This document shows positions 36,178 to 43,698 of a stretch of DNA of 64,000 nucleotides, piece after piece. The stretch is taken from positions 13,508 to 77,507 of the IMG/VR virus record IMGVR_UViG_3300021255_003438; one strand, given 5' to 3'. Origin of the DNA: a virus. Lineage: Duplodnaviria > Heunggongvirae > Uroviricota > Caudoviricetes. The position numbers were made by a program, and so were the translations under genes. The notes under the pieces are model-generated. The model searched no databases, had not been told where the DNA came from, and saw only the letters and a list, made by a program, of their open reading frames with translations. Each line of letters starts with the position of its first letter. Positions within the stretch are counted from its first letter, which is position 1.

Positions 36178-36429
36178 ATGATATATTTTTTAATTTGTTT
36201 GTTATTATTAATGAATTTAAATTACTTCACTTATATTTCCCATTCAAACTAAAATATATCAGGACCACGAATCTTTTTCAGCTACCAGAATTCGTCAGAA
36301 ATCTACCAAAAACTGTTCTTTTTCATAATGTTAATTAATTTAATTTGTTATTAAAAAACGGAAGCTCTTTTTCTAGAATAAATTGATTACAAGTCAAGCC
36401 CTATTAGAAATTGCTGTAAGCTTCCTTAC

Positions 36430-36456
36430 GATAAAAATAAGGAGATTATTCTCCCA
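36430..36456 (-). terminator. Rho-independent terminator after tRNA-Met (GGAGA-ATAA-TCTCC + TTATTTTTAT on the minus strand)
   Basis: Hairpin at 36441-36454, followed on the minus strand by a T-tract. Confidence 0.5.
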
Positions 36457-36462
36457 CTCTAG

Positions 36463-36535
36463 TAGCGACCCTTGGAGTCGAACCAAGTGTTACAAGGTTA
36501 TGAGCCTTGTGTGTAAGCCGTTTCACTCGGTCACT
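36463..36535 (-). tRNA. tRNA-Met/fMet/Ile2-type (anticodon CAT)
   Basis: Acceptor AGTGACC/GGTCGCT. Anticodon stem CAAGG/CCTTG with loop CTCATAA. T-arm CTTGG-TTCGACT-CCAAG. Confidence 0.65.
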
Positions 36536-36564
36536 ATTAAATCTTCACCCTTCCGCAATGTTAA

Positions 36565-36650
36565 AACTCAATATATAGGATTCAAACCCATGTATTCCAA
36601 TGCTAGTGTCTATCTGTTGCTCTACTCAAATCCATTTAAGGTTAGTTAGC
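36565..36650 (-). ncRNA. tRNA-like element (type-II-like length). Structure unresolved.
   Basis: T-arm ATGGG-TTTGAAT-CCTAT and acceptor-like GCTCAAT/ATTGAGT pairing. Inconsistent internal arms. Confidence 0.25.
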
Positions 36651-37076
36651 GATTGAGCTAATATTGAGTTATATTAAAACTTACGGATATACTTTATCAG
36701 GAATCTGGCTTTCTCTGCTGAAGACTTATTTTTACCCATCCACTCATAGGAACTTCACAGAGTGCTTCACACACCATTAGGTAGCATCGAATGAGATAGT
36801 ATTCCATACGCTAGTGGAACTATATAGACATTGTTACATACCTCAATCTACATTCTTCTTAGTGTGTACCCTTGCGACAAATGTACCCACGCTTGTATAT
36901 CTACGCCTCTATCGTAAGTTTTGTGTTGAAGGGAACTTTTTTTTTCGGTATTCGTTTCAAGCAAATTCCATATAGTCATTGCTGTAAGTTCCCGCTATTG
37001 GTTAAGGAATTGGAAACGGTAGAGCCACACTACGAAACTCTCTACCTACTCATCGTAGCATTATCCAAAACCTTAG

Positions 37077-37149
37077 TGGAGGTAGAGAGACTCGAACTCT
37101 CAAATATAGCTTGCAGAGCTATCAGTTTAGCCTGTTAGCCTATACCCCC
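37077..37149 (-). tRNA. tRNA-Ala (anticodon TGC)
   Basis: Acceptor GGGGGTA/TACCTCC with the G3:U70 Ala identity pair. Anticodon stem ATAGC/GCTAT with loop TCTGCAA. T-arm GAGAG-TTCGAGT-CTCTC. Confidence 0.65.
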
Positions 37150-37193
37150 AATGTTAGTCAGAAGGAATCGAACCTTCATACAACCATTTGACC

Positions 37194-37520
37194 TTAAAGT
37201 TTCTCTACGACCTTTCCGTAGATTTGGTTTCTACCTATCCATCCATTCATGTGACCGTGAGTATTGCCTATTAGGTATTCACTATCATTCTTTATGGCAT
37301 GGATTAGATGCAAATAATGATGACCTCTAACCTTACATAATACAATGTCCTTTTTGTTAAGTTTAGTGTCATCTTTCACAGGTTCACATATTACTGCTTG
37401 CCTTGATTTCAAAAGTGGTAACATAGAATTGCCTATTCCAGTCACCTTACATGTCTCACCTCCTCTGAGGTGGTTGCATGTCTCTTGGTTTTCAAAACCA
37501 CTATAAGTAAAATCTCTCAT
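37194..37520 (-). CDS. S24-family (LexA/UmuD-like) peptidase domain protein
   Basis: 108 aa. 'GNSMLPLL' is the G(D/N)SMxP motif, with a downstream Lys (CKVRG). Confidence 0.5.
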   Translation of the reverse strand: MRDFTYSGFENQETCNHLRGGETCKVTGIGNSMLPLLKSRQAVICEPVKDDTKLNKKDIVLCKVRGHHYLHLIHAIKNDSEYLIGNTHGHMNGWIGRNQIYGKVVEKL

Positions 37521-37686
37521 ATATTGTTAAGTTTTAGATTCACTTACCTAAAAAGATTGAGATTCTTGCAAGCTACATAGTAGTATCTCCTCATTTATGT
37601 CCAGCCCACCGATGAAGGCTTCTACTAGAACTGGTTACCTCCGATTCACACGTGCTTCGCTTTTCTACTATGTAAATCTCAATTTG

Positions 37687-37811
37687 CAGGGACTGATGGA
37701 CTCGAACCACCATTTTTCATTAACAGTTAAAGGCGTAATCTGTTCCGCAGTCGAGACTACGTTAATTCCTTAAATCGTAACAAACCACTCTTACCCTTGA
37801 GCTAAATCCCT
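37687..37811 (-). ncRNA. Long tRNA-like gene (~125 nt) with acceptor + D-arm + T-arm and ~50 extra nt
   Basis: Acceptor AGGGATT/AGTCCCT. D-arm GCTC-AAGGGTAA-GAGT. T-arm GGTGG-TTCGAGT-CCATC. Extra internal hairpins, including AACAG...CTGTT. Confidence 0.35.
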
Positions 37812-38612
37812 ATATAAATATACAAAAGACTGAGAATGTTGTCTTATGTTGATGCCGTCACACAACGGTTGGACGTTGCTCTTCACACGCTGCCTTACAG
37901 CAGACGTAGACACCATGCACGATGATTTTGCGAAAACCACCAAAAAACTTACTAGTTTAAACCTCTCGGTGCAGCATCATAGCTTTCAGTTCTTCGCCAA
38001 GCTCTTGCGGATTCATAGGATGCCTCCTATTAACTCAGGCGAGTACTTTTACACGCTCATTGAATTCCTTGCGAGTCCTCAATGTCTTCATATTGCAGAA
38101 GAATAAGTGCATTTTAGCTGCCTAGTGTCGCGCACTTTTGCTAATATAAAACCGTTTGAATCAACATTTCAAAATTTTATTGCCCATGACCTTGGAAGAC
38201 GAGGCGCGACCCATCGCATTCGTACCTTTTGAGTACGACCCACGAAATCGCCTTCCTACAAAGACTCACCACAAGTCCAATTGCTGTTATGCACTATCAG
38301 CCTTACGGTTCTCACGCCTTTCAGCGCAAGACTAGCGAATAACTAAACCCAACACGCCAACTGGTGATTATTGCATCGAGTTCAGCACAGTAATCTATTG
38401 TGTCACCACTCATCCAAAGACTCTTCGCCCTTGGAAACCTACACCTATGGTGTTACCCACGATGTAGACCGTACTATGCTCTTTTCAGTGAAATGCCTCA
38501 GTCAGCCAAGGCATCTGCAACGCTACTTGGTCAATTTCACGCCACATTTATCCTATCACTAGATTATCCTTAATGGCTACGAAAGCTAGCCAAAACCCCT
38601 TGCGAGATTCGT
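37800..38612 (-). ncRNA. GC-richer ~0.8 kb region with no ORFs: candidate large structured RNA or degenerate tRNA-like array
   Basis: No ORF over 90 codons on either strand. GC visibly higher than its flanks. Long-range complementarity (for example GGAAGACGAGGCG...CGCCTTCC, TTCGTAC...GTACGA). Embedded between tRNA genes on the transcribed strand. Confidence 0.3.
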
Positions 38613-38722
38613 TGGTAAGAAGAGATTTGCACTCTTGAAGCCTCCGAAGAGGCACATCAAGCACGAACTTGATGCCCATTTGTCTACATCAGTCTCTCGA
38701 CTGTTCTCCTCTGGTACTTACC
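38613..38722 (-). ncRNA. Long tRNA-like gene A (~110 nt), tandem paralog of 38760..38866
   Basis: Acceptor GGTAAGT/TCTTACC. T-arm AAGAG-TGCAAAT-CTCTT. Internal hairpins (GCATCAAG...CTTGATGTGC, GCCTC-TTCG-GAGGC). Conserved 5' blocks AGAGGAGAACA and GATGTAGACAAAT shared with its neighbour. Confidence 0.4.
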
Positions 38723-38759
38723 AAAAGGTGGTTTTTCAATTTGTCCACCACAAAATAGT

Positions 38760-38866
38760 TGGTAGAGCTAGATTTGCACTAGCGAAGCCACCTAAGTAGC
38801 ACAATACTTACCGTATTGCCGATTTGTCTACATCACCATCACTGGTGTTCTCCTCTCGTATCTACC
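38760..38866 (-). ncRNA. Long tRNA-like gene B (~107 nt), tandem paralog
   Basis: Acceptor GGTAGAT/CTCTACC. T-arm CTAG(A)-TGCAAAT-CTAG. Shares the 5' conserved blocks with gene A. Confidence 0.4.
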
Positions 38867-38875
38867 AAATGTAGT

Positions 38876-38954
38876 TGCGGAAGTGGGATTTGCACCCACG
38901 AACCTTACGGACTAGCTTATGAAACTAGCGAGATTGACTACTCCTCCATTCCGC
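38876..38954 (-). tRNA. tRNA (anticodon CAT) with an extended variable region
   Basis: Acceptor GCGGAAT/(C)TTCCGC. Anticodon stem CTAGT/GCTAG with loop TTCATAA. T-arm GTGGG-TGCAAAT-CCCAC. Confidence 0.5.
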
Positions 38955-39067
38955 TATGTTAAAAATAAGGAAACGTTTTTGTTTTTTCAAGAAACATTTA
39001 CATACTTAAGCTAGTTGCTGTGCGTTTCCACTATTCTATGAATTTTATTATCTTTTTTCCAACTGCG

Positions 39068-39099
39068 CAAAGATATAAAAAATATTTTTAATATCCAAA
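39068..39099 (-). promoter_or_regulatory. Bacteroidetes-type promoter upstream of the tRNA cluster unit
   Basis: caaagata at 39068-39075 and ccaaa at 39095-39099, spacer 19 nt. Confidence 0.55.
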
Positions 39100-39103
39100 T
39101 TTT

Positions 39104-39370
39104 TTACGAACTTTTTTCAGCTTTTTTGAAAAATTCTTTCAACTTGGCCAATTCTGCAAGTTGGAAAGTGTATTCATCAGCACTGATTATCAATTCATCT
39201 TTATCTTCTTCAATGTTAACAATCTGTGCCTTTAGCTTTTCAATAAGGCTTGCTTTTAATGCATCACGATACTTGACGCTAACTATATTAGTAGCTTCGC
39301 CTTTACTGTACCCAGCATCACATAAGTTCTTATACAACTCGTTTCTAAACTCTTTGTCTAATATTTTCAT
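39104..39370 (-). CDS. Hypothetical protein
   Basis: 88 aa. Promoter at 39393-39424. Confidence 0.4.
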   Translation of the reverse strand: MKILDKEFRNELYKNLCDAGYSKGEATNIVSVKYRDALKASLIEKLKAQIVNIEEDKDELIISADEYTFQLAELAKLKEFFKKAEKSS

Positions 39371-39392
39371 AACCGTTTTGTTTTTAACAGTG

Positions 39393-39424
39393 CAAAGATA
39401 TATAAAATTTTTGAAACTTCCAAA
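39393..39424 (-). promoter_or_regulatory. Bacteroidetes-type promoter
   Basis: caaagata at 39393-39400 and ccaaa at 39420-39424, spacer 19 nt. Confidence 0.55.
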
Positions 39425-39427
39425 TTT

Positions 39428-39676
39428 TTATGAACCTTTTTTCTTAAAAATCACAATTTCTTTTGATTTTTCCCATATCAGCCATCCAATCATCACAAAA
39501 AAGGCAAATATCATAAATAGTACCACAAACCAAGATAATGTACAACATATCAAAGCTGCAATAATGTCAGATAGCCTAATTTCATCAATTCGGAATTTTT
39601 CGCTTCTGTCACATCTTACTAGTAGAACTAATAGAAATGCAACAAAGCACCCAATAAGATAAATTGTCATAACCAT
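39428..39676 (-). CDS. Small membrane protein
   Basis: 82 aa with two TM helices. Confidence 0.4.
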   Translation of the reverse strand: MVMTIYLIGCFVAFLLVLLVRCDRSEKFRIDEIRLSDIIAALICCTLSWFVVLFMIFAFFVMIGWLIWEKSKEIVIFKKKGS

Positions 39677-39690
39677 TTGTCCATCAATTT

Positions 39691-40391
39691 GTTAAGTGGA
39701 GCTAGAGTGAAATAAATCTCATTAAACTCCGTACTTTTCCACATTTGTAAATATTTATATTAAAATCAATATTACTATGTCAAAAAAATATAACTTTAAT
39801 CGTAAACTAGGTACAGTTAAATGTGATAATTGCGGCAAAGAATTCCAAAAGCCCCAATCAGAAATTAACCGTAACGCTAAACTCAATAGAAATAACTACT
39901 GCTGTAGAGAATGTTCTGCTGAAGGGGTTAGAAAAACTAGATTGAATTTACCTTATAAACCAGCATCTAAAAAAATGTTAGAACATTTAAAAGATATTTG
40001 TGGAAATCATCGTGATGATTACACTCCATTCAGATATTCTTTAAGATGCGCTAAAAGACGTTTTAAAGACGTTAATGTAACTTTGGAAGACTTAAAAGAA
40101 ATATGGGAAAAACAAAATGGTGTTTGCCCATACACTGGTTTTAAACTAATTCTTCCTGAAAACTCTAATGTGAATAAAATCGATTTTTTTCATAGAGCAT
40201 CTTTAGATAGAATAGATTCTTCACTTGGTTACATTAAAGGTAACATTCAATTTATTTCTACACCTATTAACTTGATGAAACAAACACAAAGTGATGCAAG
40301 CGTTAAACAATTCCTAAAAGAAATTTCAAGTTATACATCAAAACTTTTATAAGTGTCTGATTTTCAAGTAGTTAAGTGGAGCTAGAGTGAA
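39691..40391 (+). mobile_element. Free-standing HNH homing endonuclease insertion flanked by a 21-bp direct repeat derived from a tRNA 3' end
   Basis: Identical gttaagtggagctagagtgaa at 39691-39711 and 40371-40391. The right copy continues into an intact T-arm (GAGTG-TTCGATT-CACTC). The only sizeable plus-strand gene in the window. Confidence 0.55.
39777..40352 (+). CDS. HNH homing endonuclease
   Basis: 191 aa. 'FFHRASLDRIDSSLGYIKGNIQFIS...N' matches the HNH_3 motif. N-terminal Cys pairs (CDNCGK...CCREC). Confidence 0.65.
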   Translation: MSKKYNFNRKLGTVKCDNCGKEFQKPQSEINRNAKLNRNNYCCRECSAEGVRKTRLNLPYKPASKKMLEHLKDICGNHRDDYTPFRYSLRCAKRRFKDVNVTLEDLKEIWEKQNGVCPYTGFKLILPENSNVNKIDFFHRASLDRIDSSLGYIKGNIQFISTPINLMKQTQSDASVKQFLKEISSYTSKLL

Positions 40392-40762
40392 TCGAACACT
40401 CGTCCATACTACCATCCCATAAGAGATTATACAAGCTTTAAAATTGGAAAGTTGACATTGCTGTCCTCACCGCCACCTCATTTTGCGAAAACGAGGAAAA
40501 CTAGGGGGATGACTAGAGTCATCAGTCCACCATTCGGTTTTAAGAAACCGACAAAAAGTTGCTAGGATGTTCTGTTCCTAAGAGCCTAGCCTCTCGGCTT
40601 ACATTACGCAGCTATTGCGTACTCGTAAGCAGGAGTATCAATATACTCGCCGTTTATTTTTTTCTTGCTATTTCTAGTGTATGCCCACTGCTTGTCTCTT
40701 ACCAAATGCATAGCTGTCTATACCATTGTAGCCCCATTGTGTCAAAGAACTCTTTCTTGTTG

Positions 40763-40839
40763 TCGAGACGGCAGGAGTTGAACCTGCGTGTGACCTACTA
40801 CACTTTCTACTCCTTATCAGGGAGAGGTGATACGTCTCG
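40763..40839 (-). ncRNA. Non-canonical tRNA-like gene (no clear D-arm, CTGATAA/GAT Ile-like loop, extra variable hairpin)
   Basis: Acceptor CGAGACG/CGTCTCG is perfect. CTCC-CTGATAA-GGAG hairpin. GTGT-AGTAGGTC-ACAC hairpin. T-arm GCAGG-TTCAACT-CCTGC. Confidence 0.4.
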
Positions 40840-40842
40840 CTG

Positions 40843-41052
40843 TTATAAAAATACTGTTTTAGCTTTATTTAAAACTTCATCTACCCTACCATCAAAAGTA
40901 AAACTATTACCATCTACTCTAATGCAAGTTTTTTCTTCACCTTCGTTGGTTGTGTAATCATAAATATTCTTTATGTCAGTTTTTCTAATCAATATTTTAT
41001 GACCATCTTGATTAGTTATTTCCAAAAACGCATTCGTATAATCGTAATTCAT
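40843..41052 (-). CDS. Hypothetical protein
   Basis: 69 aa ORF. Confidence 0.35.
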   Translation of the reverse strand: MNYDYTNAFLEITNQDGHKILIRKTDIKNIYDYTTNEGEEKTCIRVDGNSFTFDGRVDEVLNKAKTVFL

Positions 41053-41123
41053 ATTTTTATTTTTAAAAAACGGAAACGATTCAATTTAAAGTTGAACTAT
41101 TAGAAATTGCTGTATGTTTCCTT

Positions 41124-41191
41124 GGTGCTTGCGATAGGATTTGAACCTACTGTACCCCACTATAAGATGGCGTGTGTCTGCCAATATATCA
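41124..41191 (-). ncRNA. tRNA-like element with encoded CCA. Internal structure unresolved.
   Basis: T-arm GTAGG-TTCAAAT-CCTAT. 3' end ...CGCAAGC-A-CCA. 5' GCTTGAG pairs 6/7. No clean anticodon stem. Confidence 0.3.
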
Positions 41192-41390
41192 CCCCTCAAG
41201 CATGTTCGCACTCTGTACTCTTTCAAGCCATCGAGCACTTGTCTTGCATTATCGTAGTTAAGACCAATATACGGCATTCTTGACCTAAAGTATGCTTACG
41301 ATGGAGTTAAATGTGTGTCCTCTGTTTTAAGTCCGCGCAATTTCCTCATAGCTCCCAAGAGACTTATGCGCTTGACTGATACTCAAGTAG

Positions 41391-41466
41391 TTGGAGGTAA
41401 CGGATTCGAACCGATGACCTTCTGCTTGTAAGGCAGACGCTGCTGAACCAACTGAGCTAACCTCCA
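41391..41466 (-). tRNA. tRNA-Val (anticodon TAC)
   Basis: Acceptor TGGAGGT/ACCTCCA. Anticodon stem TCTGC/GCAGA with loop CTTACAA. T-loop TTCGAAT. Confidence 0.6.
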
Positions 41467-41678
41467 ATTTGGGAGCGTTTGTTTTACGTGTGACTCGCCC
41501 TTTCAACAAGACCTGAGGTTTCCGAAGATTCCACTATTACAGTTCTCTTGTTCCACAATCCCTATTGTCTGTTTACTTGTCCATCAGAAACTTATATCCG
41601 AAAACTCCACAAACAGCACCAACAATAAATGTAAGCATAATGATTTTTTTTATTAGTTAGACATTTGAATTAACAGTG

Positions 41679-41710
41679 CAAAGATATATAAAATATTTGA
41701 AACTTCCAAA
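41679..41710 (-). promoter_or_regulatory. Bacteroidetes-type promoter
   Basis: caaagata at 41679-41686 and ccaaa at 41706-41710, spacer 19 nt. Confidence 0.55.
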
Positions 41711-41729
41711 TTTTATTCCTTAAAAAATG

Positions 41730-42395
41730 TTACCATTTGTCTATATTGTCAGCTACCCATTGTTTTGCCGCTTTCTTTTCGTATTCCTCTTGGATTGCGT
41801 CAGTAGCATCAAACTCATCTTCCAATTCGCTTTCGTCAAACTGAACATGCAACCCATATTTTTTCTTACGAGGTTTCTTGCAAGTTTCTTGTTTGCAAAT
41901 CACTGCATTCTTGCCATCACCCCAACGGTATTGTAGCCACCCTTCGTATTCTCCAGTGTCAAATAAATATCCTTTTGGAATTTCATCATCACCTCTAAAG
42001 AAATCATCAAGCATTTCCAACCCCATGCGTACAGTTCCACGACATATTTTCATGACATTGCCATGATATTTGTAAATGCCATCACCACCTGTTTTTAATA
42101 TCTTGTTTTTTTCAAAATCAAGAACCAAATACCCCCAAAAGCGGCTTTCAATTTTAAACTCCCAAATTTCTTCATGCCTTTTGGAACGCAAATTGGGAAC
42201 TTTATATGGCCTTGGCGTGTCTGCGTAAACCTCTTCTATAAGTTTAACCTCTTCTTTCCATTCAGCTTCGGTATTAAATTCTGTCTCAGAATGAGAATAT
42301 TCTTTCAACTGATACAAATCTTGCATATCCCTAGCTGTAGGGGATTTACCCCACATGGAAAAAATCACCATATATCTTTTTGTATGCTTTTTCAT
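41730..42395 (-). CDS. Hypothetical protein
   Basis: 221 aa ORF. Confidence 0.45.
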   Translation of the reverse strand: MKKHTKRYMVIFSMWGKSPTARDMQDLYQLKEYSHSETEFNTEAEWKEEVKLIEEVYADTPRPYKVPNLRSKRHEEIWEFKIESRFWGYLVLDFEKNKILKTGGDGIYKYHGNVMKICRGTVRMGLEMLDDFFRGDDEIPKGYLFDTGEYEGWLQYRWGDGKNAVICKQETCKKPRKKKYGLHVQFDESELEDEFDATDAIQEEYEKKAAKQWVADNIDKW

Positions 42396-43009
42396 GATTC
42401 TTTTCTTTTTCTAAAAGATGTCTTCAAATCAAAACCGTGAGCTAATATTTTACCTTCGTTGGTTTGTGTTTTCACACCCTCTGGAGAACCAAATAAATCA
42501 CAGAAACAGTCATGTTTAAACTCATTTATTTTTTTCTCATCATATTTGTTTTCATATAAAAAAGTAACGATGTTATTCATTACCTTTTCCAAATCACTAA
42601 TGAGGTGGTCTTCAATTCCGTTTCCAATCAAATCCCAAGGTCTAATTTCATAGCCTATGGAAGTGTTATTCCTATTTGTTAAATAACTTATGTCATAGTA
42701 GCCACCTTGAAACTCTATCCTATACACCTTTCTAATACCTTCCTCTTGGTATTTTTTCTTATTGTTTAAAGAACTTTCGCTTTTGTAGTAGTAAAAGCCC
42801 AAAGGAGAGAGACATTTCAATTTCCTTCCACCTTTACCTACACGGCTAACAACTCTTTCATCACGAACAATTTCTTCTCCTTTTTGAAAGGTAATGGTGT
42901 TGCTATATATAAATTGAGCATTAATTGCGGGGTTTTCTACTTTCTGTACAATAACCTCACATTTACTGAACAATATCTTCCTTTTTTCTCTTACCTTATT
43001 GTCTTTCAT
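42392..43009 (-). CDS. Hypothetical protein, dispersed paralog of 24057..24701
   Basis: 205 aa with a conserved C-terminus HGFDLKTSFRKRKES. Confidence 0.45.
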   Translation of the reverse strand: MKDNKVREKRKILFSKCEVIVQKVENPAINAQFIYSNTITFQKGEEIVRDERVVSRVGKGGRKLKCLSPLGFYYYKSESSLNNKKKYQEEGIRKVYRIEFQGGYYDISYLTNRNNTSIGYEIRPWDLIGNGIEDHLISDLEKVMNNIVTFLYENKYDEKKINEFKHDCFCDLFGSPEGVKTQTNEGKILAHGFDLKTSFRKRKES

Positions 43010-43218
43010 GACGCGAAACTTTCAAACCAATTTTTAATAAGTTTTACAGGCCAAAAGAACATAAGGAAAACTATAAGCAGAACAGCCATAGACTCTTCAA
43101 CCTCGTCAGCGTCTTTCTCATATTCGTACTCTGGTTTATATTCATCATTCCACCACACTAGTGCTAGAACCAAGCCTATTACAAAATAAGCTATTAATAT
43201 AACTTGACCTACACTCAT
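43006..43218 (-). CDS. Small membrane protein. Start adjusted to avoid the tRNA overlap.
   Basis: The ORF track gives 43006..43266, but its first 16 codons overlap the tRNA 3' end. The Met at 43218 (MSVGQVIL) fits. Confidence 0.35.
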   Translation of the reverse strand: MSVGQVILIAYFVIGLVLALVWWNDEYKPEYEYEKDADEVEESMAVLLIVFLMFFWPVKLIKNWFESFAS

Positions 43219-43241
43219 AACAATAAAAATTAAATTAACAG

Positions 43242-43330
43242 CTCGCAGGGTGCGATTCGAACACACGGTAGGATTTTAAACCTACGGCAGTTTTGGAGAC
43301 TGCTGGGTTAAACCACTCCCCCACCTGCGA
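43242..43330 (-). tRNA. tRNA with a Trp anticodon (CCA) but a type-II-like long variable arm
   Basis: Acceptor TCGCAGG/CCTGCGA is perfect. Anticodon stem GCAGT/ACTGC with loop CTCCAAA. Variable hairpin GTAGG-TTTAAAAT-CCTAC. T-arm GTGTG-TTCGAAT-CGCAC. Confidence 0.5.
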
Positions 43331-43386
43331 ATATATACCTAAATTCCTAGATATGTTTTTAACTCCTTTTTAGATGTTGGTAAATT

Positions 43387-43644
43387 TTAGTTCAAATACC
43401 CATGTTCAATAAGGTATTTCTCGCCTTTCTTTGTGCAACGATACCGCGTTTTCACGATACTTCCATACCGATACTTCTTACGGGCAACCTTTTCAATGAT
43501 AAAGTTTTTTTTAATCAGCATTTCGATTGAAAAACTAATACCATAATAAGAAATTGTCTTTAAATATGGGAGTTGTTCTATTTCCCCATAAGACATCGGC
43601 ATCGCATATATGCTAGCTAATATTTTTTCAGTCACTTCTAACAT
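43387..43644 (-). CDS. Small hypothetical protein (possible winged-helix regulator)
   Basis: Start moved from 43665 to the Met at 43644, downstream of the promoter at 43663-43694. Confidence 0.3.
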   Translation of the reverse strand: MLEVTEKILASIYAMPMSYGEIEQLPYLKTISYYGISFSIEMLIKKNFIIEKVARKKYRYGSIVKTRYRCTKKGEKYLIEHGYLN

Positions 43645-43662
43645 ATTCTGTAGTTTTTTTTG

Positions 43663-43694
43663 CAAATATACGAAAAAAAATTCATATAGCCAAA
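43663..43694 (-). promoter_or_regulatory. Bacteroidetes-type promoter
   Basis: caaatata at 43663-43670 and ccaaa at 43690-43694, spacer 19 nt. Confidence 0.55.
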
Positions 43695-43698
43695 TCCT

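Noticed and set aside
37846-38562. Plus-strand ORFs 37846..38106 and 38371..38562 inside the GC-rich region, and other plus-strand ORFs of 60-130 aa antisense to minus-strand genes (for example 10069..10350, 13860..14159, 18632..18862)
   Set aside because: They lack host-type promoters and lie antisense to well-supported genes or inside a probable RNA region. They have low-complexity composition. Treated as non-coding.
37800-38612. tmRNA (ssrA) in the GC-rich noncoding region
   Set aside because: No tag-peptide reading frame ending in ...ALAA-stop was found, nor the characteristic tmRNA 5'/3' tRNA-like pairing with GGGGGTTC...CCACCA. Left as an unclassified structured-RNA candidate.
41327-41509. 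ORF-track ORFs 41327..41509, 54301..54582, 59722..60135 and 57874..58152, and the N-termini of 43699..44460, 43006..43266 and 49762..50022
   Set aside because: They are translations through tRNA genes on the same strand. Typical tRNA-derived peptide strings such as ...AQTVERHL...VGSIPT... appear. They are spurious or need shortened starts.
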